In this document: in pieces, positions 9,880 through 18,972 of the stretch
Layout of the letters: each line of letters begins with the position of its first letter
Position numbering within the stretch: position 1 is the first letter of the stretch
Notes under the pieces: generated by a model
The model's input: only the letters and a program-made list of their open reading frames with translations
Told to the model about the DNA's origin: nothing
Databases searched by the model: none
Program-made: the position numbers and the translations under genes
Assembly: GCA_048128005.1 (NCBI GenBank)
Contig: JBEUKZ010000092.1
Span: forward strand, 186,001-250,000
Direction: 5' to 3'
DNA length: 64,000 bases
Source of the DNA: Veleropilina oligotropha
Taxonomy: Eukaryota

Positions 9880-10511
9880 TGGACAACAAACCCTCAGCAC
9901 CCTCGATGTACCCACAACTTGGTGGCGATGTGCTTTCGGAGCTGCCGGAGGCACAGTCTTTCCGGCTACAGAAAGTGAATGAGCTTCAGGGACAGCTAGA
10001 ACGAGAGAGAGACACAAGGGCTGCCCTGTACAAGAAGTACCGAAGAGGCGTTAATGTCATTGACGGGATCGATTCGGCCCTGGTCGTTGCCACCCTTGGT
10101 ATGGGTAGCGCCGGCATTGGTCTACTGTCCACAATCGTTGCGGCACCTGTTGTCCTAGTGCTGGAATTAGCGGCGTTGGGGTGTGGGCTCGCGAGTATGG
10201 GTGGCAAATACATCAGCCGCCGCCTCCAAGTGAAGGCTAAGAAGCACGACGAGATACGAGTACTGTCCGAAAGCAAGCTGAACACCATAAATGACCACGT
10301 GTCAAAGGCCCTAGTGGATGGGGAGATGTCTGCTGACGAATTCCAACTAGTCACAGACGAGATGGAAAAATATCGGACAATGAAAGCCACCCTGCGTCTC
10401 AAAAGTCTAAAGGCGCACACCGCGGTTTCACAGACCCAAAGCGAGCTTCTTGAGCGTGGTCGTAAAGAGGGACGCGCAGAGATGCTGAAAAAAATAGGGG
10501 TTGGAGACTAA
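9879..10511 (+). CDS. Membrane-associated viral protein (210 aa): coiled coil, hydrophobic hairpin, helical C-domain; N-terminal PSAP and YPxL motifs
   Basis: MDNKPSAPSMYPQL…; central ~45-residue mostly hydrophobic Gly/Ala-rich stretch; KKHDEIRVLSESKLNTINDHVSKALVDGEMSADEF. ATTAAA follows at 10558-10563. Confidence 0.85.
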   Translation: MDNKPSAPSMYPQLGGDVLSELPEAQSFRLQKVNELQGQLERERDTRAALYKKYRRGVNVIDGIDSALVVATLGMGSAGIGLLSTIVAAPVVLVLELAALGCGLASMGGKYISRRLQVKAKKHDEIRVLSESKLNTINDHVSKALVDGEMSADEFQLVTDEMEKYRTMKATLRLKSLKAHTAVSQTQSELLERGRKEGRAEMLKKIGVGD

Positions 10512-10595
10512 CCATCCAGGTTGAGCGTGGGGTGGGGGACTACCCCCCCTCCCCCGTATTAAAGCTCGAACTCGACAGTGATATCTGGACAAGCC

Positions 10596-11018
10596 ATGAA
10601 ATCCATGAAATCCATGCTACTTCTGTGCATTGCCGTGGTGTGTTGGCTAGCGGGTGTCTCCACCCAGGGCGCGTCGACACACAACACAGCACTCATTCTC
10701 GAACATACATGGGCTAGGTACCAAAACCACCCCCTGTACAACATAAGGCACGACCACTTGCGGAGAAACTTGCTACGGGACCCACCCCCAGTTCCCCCAC
10801 CATCGTGCCACTACTATGTTGTCGATGGAGAGAATGACTGTGGCCCCGACCCAAATACTGTCGTTTGCGTCCAGTGTGAACAGCCCTCCCGATGTACTGG
10901 TAAAAACGGGCATTATTTCTCAATGTTATCTACCAGCTGTGGTGGTGCGTGGAGTCAGGTAGGACACCTCTCGCCATGCAATTGCACGCTCGCCAGCGGG
11001 AATTATATATTTATCTAA
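10596..11018 (+). CDS. Secreted cysteine-rich protein, possible cystine-knot cytokine/growth-factor mimic
   Basis: GCCATG start, signal-peptide-like LLLCIAVVCWLAGVSTQG, dibasic RR, then a domain with 8 Cys ending in W-x9-CNC. Confidence 0.65.
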   Translation: MKSMKSMLLLCIAVVCWLAGVSTQGASTHNTALILEHTWARYQNHPLYNIRHDHLRRNLLRDPPPVPPPSCHYYVVDGENDCGPDPNTVVCVQCEQPSRCTGKNGHYFSMLSTSCGGAWSQVGHLSPCNCTLASGNYIFI

Positions 11019-11112
11019 ACTGCGGCAATCTCGGGGATTCCCCGCCTTAAAACATATTTTTCGGCTTTCACCAGCGTCTATTCATAGAAAAGTCCAATCA
11101 CCCCCCTGCTGC

Positions 11113-12068
11113 TGCCACCCTCGACCCTCTCTCGAGGCCCACTCTCGGGTGGCCGAGAGAGACCCCGGGCCGAGAGAGGGTCGAGAGGCGGGTGGCCGAG
11201 AGAGGCCCCGGGGCCGAGAGAGGGTCAAGTGGCCGAGAGAGGGTCGAGAGGGGGGTGGCCGAGAGAGGCCCCGGGGCCGAGAGGGGGTCGAGAGGCGGGT
11301 GGCCGAGAGAGGCCCTGGGGCCGAGAGAGGGTCGAGAGGCGGGTGGCCGAGAGAGGCCCCGGGCCGAGAGAGGGTCGAGAGGGGGGGTGGCCCCGGGGCC
11401 CAGAGAGGGTCGAGAGGGGGGTGGCCGAGAGAGGCCCCGGGGCCGAGAGAGGGTCGAGAGGCAGGTGGCCGAGAGAGGCCATGGGGCCGAGAGAGGGTCG
11501 AGAGGCGGGTGGCCGAGAGAGGGTCGAGAAGGGGGTGGCCCCGGGGCCCCGGGGCCGAGAGAGGGTCGAGAGGAGGGTGGCCGAGAGAGGTCCCGGGCCG
11601 AGAGAGGGTCGAGAAGGGGGTGGCCGAGAGAGGCCCCGGGGCCGACCCTCTCTCGGCCCCGGGGCCTCTCTCGGCCACCCCCTTCTCGACACTCTCTCGG
11701 CCCCGCTCTCTCGGCCACCCCCTTCTCGACCCTCTCTCGGCCCCGGGGCCTCTCCCGGCCACCCCCCTGTCGACCCTCTCTCGGCCACCTCCCTCTCGAC
11801 CCTCTCTCGGCCCCGGGACCTCTCTCGGCCACCCTCCTCTCGACCCTCTCTCGGCCCCGGGGCCTCTCTCGGCCACCCCCTCTCGACCCTCTCTCGGCCC
11901 CGGGGCCTCTCTCGGCCACCCTCCTCATGACCCTCTCTCGGCCACCCTCTTCACGAGCCTCTCTTGGCCCCGACCCCTAGTATTTCAGCCGTAGCCTGGG
12001 GTGCAACCTCTTCTCGACCCTCTCTCGGCCTGTGGTGGCGCCACCATCTTCACGACCCTCTCTCGGCA
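11113..12068. repeat. GC-rich 45-bp minisatellite arranged as a large imperfect inverted repeat
   Basis: Unit GGCCGAGAGAGGGTCGAGAGGCGGGT-GGCCGAGAGAGGCCCCGGG repeats forward from ~11146 to 11644, then as its reverse complement to ~11975, with degenerate outliers at ~11113-11137 and 12010-12068. Confidence 0.95.
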
Positions 12069-12987
12069 TTTTCTGCCATGCAGCCTTCCTCCTCAAGAAT
12101 TCGAAACGCAACATACGAAAGCATTCTGAGGAGGTCGTTGTGGCATATGCATAGAGGGCCAGATCTTATAAATACTAAAGCCTGACAGTTCTTATATACT
12201 AGTAGTCAGGTACCCATGTCAGGCTTAGAGGGAGGTGTCTCGTCAGTTATGTTGTGGATATTAAATCACGACAACTTTTAACATAGACTACGTTGATTAA
12301 AATGAAACCTATGCCACTATCCACACATTGTGGAGCGGACTAAGTCCCGGATATTAGTCCACTCAACTGTCCAGTTAACTCTCCCTGATTATAAGGTTGC
12401 CATAACCAGTCTACTCTCCCTTTGATCTATTCACTGGGCAATGTATTTCAATCGGGGGAATCCCATTGATAGTGACCCCGTTAGCCAACTTCACAAACAA
12501 CAGGCTCGCAATGAGTTTTATTTACATCCTGGTTGACGAGAAATTGTATATGCCACAATGAGTAACGCTTCTCGAGAACGAGAACACTAGGTCAGCTCAG
12601 TCGTCGACGGGCTATTAATGAATAGACGCAACCAGGAAGCAAAATTAAACAATACCATTGAGAGACACTAATAGAAATTATGACACAAACATACGCTTGT
12701 CGACTAGGTCAGCATAGTTATCGACAGGAGATAACAGACATTGGCAACTCAAGCTTCAGATGGTGGCTGGGAGCCTCTACCCCCCCGGGCCCCCGGACCC
12801 CCCCTCCCCGGATTCTACTAAAATGCCCTAGGGGTATATATTACGAGCCCCCCCTCAGTTCTGTAATAGGGCTGGGAGCCTCCCCGGTCGCCCCGGGCCC
12901 CCCCTAACTTAGTCTAAAACCCCCTAGTCCCCCCCCTTATTCTGAACAGGTGCTTGGAGCCTTATTTTTCCATTCTAAAAAGTACAC

Positions 12988-13365
12988 TCACCCCCCCCCC
13001 CCCCTGCTGCTATGGAAAGATTTCCTCCGTGTGTACTGTTCGAGATCGTCATTTTTCTGTTCAAGGCAGGCAACTTTCATTTTAAGATTCGAAATTTCTG
13101 ATTCCTGATTTTCAATTTTCTTTACTAGGTCGCCCTTTATAATACCACCCAGCAGTTGGTGGATGGTTGGATCACGAAGGGCCAACTGGAAGTGAATGAC
13201 AAAATGTCTGCATGACGAGTCTCCTTTTGTCTCATCGCTGTCAACAGATATTTCGTTAGCCGCCATATTGGTGATGAATTCGTCTGATTCTTTCGCCTTT
13301 TTAAGTTCAGTTAGATCTCGATTGGAACAGTCAGATCTATCATGCAATGTTGTCTTTGATGACAT
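12988..13365 (-). pseudogene. Truncated ORF1-like fragment of a CR1/L2-group LINE
   Basis: Coiled coil ending in LEQKNDDLEQYTRR, the usual junction before the ORF1 RRM; truncated afterwards. Confidence 0.6.
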
Positions 13366-13479
13366 AGTATTATAACGATAAAAAAATGATGCTGTAAGTT
13401 AGCTTTTTATAGTTTACTCACAATATTTTGCGGAGACTTCTAGTTCATGTCCACTGCCTCATCGCCTGATTTATACATA

Positions 13480-15530
13480 GATCGCCATTGAGTGAACTGC
13501 AGGCTAGACGTAAACGAGTATGATAAACTTATGCTTGTCTGTTTCCACAAAAGTAATACGGAGGCGGGGTGTCAATGTTTCTATTTAGATATGATTTAAA
13601 ATAATATATAGAAGGGTTTTGTCTGATATTCTAGGGAAGAACATTCAATTCTCTAATAGTCTTAGGTAAGAACGAGTTCTGATAAAGGTTCGTTCTTGAT
13701 AGAGGAACTTGTAAGTGTGTGATATTTCTCAAATTACGTGCGTTTATTTCTTGATTTGTTGGAGGAATTAATATTTGAGTGTATGGTAGAGAATAGCTAT
13801 GGATCATTTTGAAGAAGAAGAACATTCGATGTTTGTAACGCCTATTTGACAATGACTCCCACTTGGTTTCCTCCATAAGTTTTACAACAGAGCATGATTT
13901 GTTTGCACCGGTTACAATTCTACTTGCTTCTATTTGAATTTTTTCTATTTCGTCACACTCATAACCGGTGCAATTATCCCATACTATGTCTGCATATTCC
14001 AACAGAGGTCTAATAAAGGAAAAATACATTATTTGTAGTGACTTTCTATCCAGTTTAAATTTTAAACTTCTATGTATAGCTATTCGCTTCCAAGCTTTAC
14101 ACGTTATTTCCTCAATATGTGTGCTCCAAGAGAGTTTAGTTTGAAGATTTAAGCCTAAATGTTTATGTGATATCACCTGTATAACTTTAATATTGTTCAT
14201 GAATATATCGTGATGATTTTGGGGAGTGGTTTTTCGAGATAGAATCATTTCTTCTGTTTCAGTGGGATTAAATGTTACAAGCCATTGTTTGGACCATAAG
14301 TGGAGTTTATTTAAGTCACTATTCAGAATGTTTGATGCTACTATGAGATCTTCCACAATTATGTAGAGTTAGGTATCATCTGCAAATAGTTTTATGTTGG
14401 CTTTGATGTTCTGAATTATATCGTTGATTTAATAAATATGATATAATAAAATAACATCGGTCCTAATATTGAACCCCGTAGAACACCTGCCCTGATTTCT
14501 AGACTGTTTGACAGGGATCCTTCAATAACAACTTTCTGTGATCTATTTTTTTTAAATAATCCTGAAACCAATCAAATAATGAACCAGAGATTCCAGATTG
14601 TCGAAGTTTGAATACTAAGCCACGATGCCACACACAATCAAAGGCTTGCTGATATCACAAAACACCACTCTGATTTCCTTCCCATCGTCCTCTGCTTTAC
14701 TGAAAGTGTTATATATATCCACTAGCTATGGTACCCGTCTTCGCCGGGTAAGTCCCCCCACTCCAACAATAACCACCCCCCCAAAAACCATCCCAAAAAA
14801 AAATCCCCCACCAAAAACATCCCCTCCCCCCATAATTCCAAACAAAAATAATTCTGACAGCGCTATTACCAGCCCCACGGTACCCCTGGATTCCCTGCAA
14901 AATTTGGTGGAGATTGGTCCAGCCGTTTGGGAGCCTATAGAGAACACACAAACACACAAACTCTCCATGATAATAGTTTAGATTAGCTGGGTGACAGCAG
15001 AGTCGTTGGGAGTGAAACCAGACTGGTGCGATGTGATGATATTATGCGTTATTATAAAATTATGTACCTGTTTATAGACACACCTTTCAAATACCTTGTT
15101 AATACAACTTAGTAATGAGATTGGTCTATAATTGGTAACATCAGTTCTATCGCCTTTCTTGTATACTGGCGTAACGTTTGCTATTTTCCACTCTTGGGGA
15201 AATATAGATTGACAAAGAGAGTTGGTAAATATAAGTGTTAAGTATTGTGCTATGACTTGCGTACCTTCTTTTAATAATTTGGGATTGATTACATCCGGAT
15301 CACAAGATTTAATCACGTCCAGGTTGATTAAAACATAAAAGACTTCACCGACATCGATGGCAATATAATTAAATTCGTTCATAGGAGGAGTAAAAAGGGG
15401 CAGATTAGTGTTTCTGTCATTCACAAATGCCTGCTGACAGAAACAGTTGTTGAATAAGTTTGTTTTTTCAATACTGGTGCTGAAGTGGTTGCCATTTTGA
15501 ATAAGAGATGGGATCCTGGATCCACTCCTG
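13480..15530 (-). mobile_element. Decayed CR1-clade LINE reverse transcriptase and 3' end
   Basis: WKIANVTPVYKKGD…NYRPISLLS…HQSGF; VVFCDISK; LFADDT; WSKQWLVTFNP; FIRPLLEYADIVWD; SFLPKTIRE, with stops and frameshifts. Confidence 0.9.
14721..14980 (+). mobile_element. Short non-autonomous Helitron/Helentron-like insertion inside the CR1 RT
   Basis: Interrupts RT between …AVTQLI and DIYNTFSKA…. It starts ACTAGC with a small GC hairpin (CCCGTCTTCGCCGGG) and ends with AATTTGG…GGTCCAGCCGTTT…ACACACAAAC. Confidence 0.6.
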
Positions 15531-15807
15531 TATAGTGATATAAATTTATAAAGATACACTTCGACGTCTAGTAAGAACGAAATATCCATTTGCTGTGATT
15601 GGCGATGCAATGTGAAAGTTGATTTATTTACCGAACACATTGTGAACTCTTAAATACCAATTCACATAGCAGGCGGAACTCAGTTTAACGTCGCTATACG
15701 ATCAGTTGGTTTTCTATATGGCATGATCCAGTTTGCGTCATGGACAACTTTACACGTGGATGTCAATGTTATGAGAACGCCACTTATATTTCACACTTGA
15801 ATAATAG

Positions 15808-16992
15808 AATCAAGCACCACATTGAGTTCCAGATAGAGAAATATCAGTCGAGGGTGGGATGATGCAACAAATCACAACCGAGGCGTTAGCCGAGGTTGGG
15901 GTGTTGCACCATCACACCCGAGACTGATATTTCTCTATCTGGAACTCAAATGTGGGGCTTGATTATTTTTCTCGCACCTCAAAAAGCTTGAAAAAGTTAT
16001 TTTGATATATCTTTACCTTGCGTATTCAAATAACCCAATCACTCACCAGTAGTTCTTCCGACGCAATCGAATATAATTACGTACTTATGGAATAAATATT
16101 TATTCAATTCTTTAGTATAATAATAATTGTAAAATATTTAAATTCATAGCATAGGGTAATAAAAAGCTCGAACTATCACTATGCATGAGGTGATGTTACT
16201 TTTTAAGGCTATTTCGATATTTGTTTACCTTGCATACAGTACGAGTACGGGTATTACAAAAGCCCAATCACTCACCAGCTGTCAGCTGTTCTTATGACGC
16301 AATCAAATATAGTTCCGTACTTATGGAATAAATATTTACTCAATTTCATTTGTAACTTTAAAATATTAATAATTGAAAAAGTCGACAAAACGCTAAATAT
16401 TTAAAATCATAACGTAGATTAAAAACGCTAGAACTATTGAACTGTCGATCTGCGTGTCTGCCATTGACTTATTTTCCAGAAATTGTTGTCATAATTAAGT
16501 ACATTCTGACTGAAGTGTTTGTGAAGCGTCGATCGCTCTGTAATTATGTTCGTATTTGCTGCCATACGCTTCATGGTGCATTTAAATTTGTTTACATCAA
16601 GCGGACAATTTGCAAATGAAGGACGTGTTTTGCCGGGATTTTCACGGAATTGTGCCAGCTATGTAGAATGAATTTTCAACGTTGGAGTAGCTATAGTCTG
16701 CAGGTCTAAACTTAAAGCCATGGTAAGTTTTGTAGATAGTTATGAGACATCGGTGTGGTGTTTCGGGTGTAGCGTACATGCGTGGTTGAGTGCGATATAG
16801 ATATAGATGTTAGCCTCAGTACGTGGGTTTTTTTATGTTTCGATCCGCCATTTTTGTTTCCAAACATTGCAGACGACGTGCGTAGGAATACAAAGTGTTC
16901 TAGACAGCATTTGCGTATGTATACAAAGTGTGCTAGATAGAATTTCCCAGAACCGTTAAAAAATGGGATCAGTCTATCTCAGGTGCGAGAAA
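15808..16992. mobile_element. Non-autonomous repeat with a ~155-bp terminal hairpin and a short inverted repeat
   Basis: Arms at 15808-15870 and 15902-15964 are near-perfect reverse complements. TTCTCGCACCT (15969-15979) recurs inverted at 16981-16991. Confidence 0.6.
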
Positions 16993-17777
16993 ATAGTCAC
17001 CCAGCCTATAACGCAGCTTGAAAGTCATATTCAAGTCTGGCAACCTAACGATATAAGTGATCATGTATATTCACCTGTAGTCCCACCGGGTTTTAAGCAA
17101 TGTGTTACGCTTTTGAAATCCCGGTCCCCGAGTCATAGATGTTACAGGAAACATCTCAAGGTTACCTCGTGCCCACAATAAATTCCCCAAAATGCCATGA
17201 CGATTATATCTAGGGTGCTTACTGAGTGATATAATTAATCATTCGTCATGTCATAAAAATTTCACCTATCATGTGCTAACTGATAGATAATTGAAGTTGT
17301 TTATTAAGGCATTGAACACAATGGTTCCTAGCCAACTCATGTTTGTAGCAGATATATATATTACAGTTTTATACAGTGAAATATGTAGTAAGGAGCTTAA
17401 GTATGTATACGAAAGGTAACTTTGAATCAATTCTACATAATATATATATATAAACAATATCAGAAATATAAGACTCAAAATAAATACTATTAAATTAGAA
17501 ATGTGCATATATAAATTCATATTCCTATGTGAAATCGGTAACTTTCATCAATTTTACCTTTTATATATCCTATCTAATTCTATTGATAAATTCAACATAT
17601 TTATACTATAAAATCAGAAATATGCATAAATCAAATCGTATTTCTATAAGGAATTGGTTACATTGAATCAATTATACATATATCATATGCAATTCTATTG
17701 AAAACCTCAAGATATGTTTACAGTAGCAGAAATGCAAAACCCAAAATAAATACTAGTAAATCCGAATTATGAATAAA

Positions 17778-18065
17778 TCAATTCATATTTCTTATCTTTA
17801 ATGCTTCGTAGACATACTTGCTTATTTTCCTAATTGTTAATTCATTTACAGATGTCATTAGTGATATAAACTTTTGGATAGTTGGGCGATGATTACAGTA
17901 CTTTGCTAAATATTGTTTTCGAATATCAGTATATTTTGGACATACCAAAATAAAATGGTACTGGTCTTCAATGACATCCATGTTGCAAATTTTACATAAA
18001 CGCTCGTTTCTGTGGGTTTTGCTGTACCTTCCTGTTTCTATTTCAAGAGAATGAGATATTTGTGT
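17778..18065 (-). mobile_element. 3' fragment of a LINE ORF2 (C-terminal Cys/His domain)
   Basis: HSLEIETGRY…RLCKIC…IEDQYHFILVCPKY. Confidence 0.75.
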
Positions 18066-18097
18066 TGTCTTTGTCGCAAGACATGATCGTAACATGT

Positions 18098-18330
18098 TTA
18101 ATAATAATAATAATAAAATCTCGTTCTTATATAGCGTATTAATACTCAACCGTCACAATGCGCTTGACATTACCTAGGTTATGGGCGTATATCACATCTC
18201 AACCCTCCCAGGGCGCATTAGCACTATTACACGCGGGTAGCGCTGTGAATTACATAACTGCCAAACCAGATATCCATTCAGATCTGCTGGGTGGATCGAG
18301 GCAAACATATGTTTATTTCCTTGCCCAATT
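18098..18330 (-). mobile_element. SINE fragment with L2-like 3' tail
   Basis: Minus strand ends AAGCGCATTGTGAC…CGCTATATAAGAAC…(TTA)n. Confidence 0.5.
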
Positions 18331-18972
18331 GACATCGCCGAGACCAGAAGGCAAACGAGAGACTCTGCAACCAGTGTCCTGTGATCTACCATTATGGAGG
18401 TATTATATATTAACCTATGTTGTTTATATTTAATCTATTGTGTTTCGTCTTTCGGGTGACAGCCATATTACTTGCGCGATTTTATGACATTTTTTGACAT
18501 TGAAATGGTTTTTTGACCTTGACTTTAACCAGGAATCATGAAAATAATGTCATAATCGACTTCCTCATTCTTGAAAACCCTAAAATGGAGGTATTATTTA
18601 TTAATCTATGATGTTAAGACTAATAGTATTCGGTGTTTCGGGTGGCGAAAATGTTGCGCGTTTATATACAATTTTCGACCTTGAAATGGTGATTTGGACT
18701 TGACCTTAACCTGAAAAAGTGATATTGATGTCATTATGAATTTCAACAAACGTGAAAATCCTAAAATGGAGATATTATTTATTAGTTTATGTTGTTTGGA
18801 TTAAATTTAAGTTATGTTATTCCGTCTTTCTGGTGATGACCATATATATATAAATTGCTTGTTTTTATATCATTTTTGACCTTGACCTTAACCTAATTTC
18901 GAATAAAAATGTCATAATCGACTTAATCGTGCTTATAAACCCCCAAATTAGGTATTATTTACTAAACTATGA

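Larger units (their letters stand above)
1..12200. mobile_element. Endogenous Polinton/Maverick-like (adintovirus-like) dsDNA virus, right-hand part; left end outside the window
   Basis: Intronless, tightly packed, visibly GC-rich ORF cluster with DDE integrase, A32/FtsK-type ATPase, capsid-like ORFs and helicase, followed by a subterminal GC-rich repeat and an abrupt shift to AT-rich host DNA at ~12.1-12.3 kb. The exact right end (…TATATACT at 12200) is tentative. Confidence 0.9.

Noticed and set aside
11146..11975. Possible CRISPR-like array
   Set aside because: Units are contiguous with no unique spacers, there are no cas genes, and the context is eukaryotic.
11082..11994. Six long overlapping ORFs (187-281 aa) rich in R/G/P/E/S
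   Set aside because: By-products of a stop-free 45-bp GC-rich repeat that is open in all frames on both strands.
1..12200. Bacterial prophage or contaminant contig
   Set aside because: Integrase, ATPase and capsid are of the eukaryotic Polinton type and the region is contiguous with animal LINE/SINE-rich DNA. The junction should still be confirmed with reads.
14625..14981. Pro/Gly-rich ORFs on both strands
   Set aside because: They come from C-runs in a short non-coding insertion within the CR1 element.
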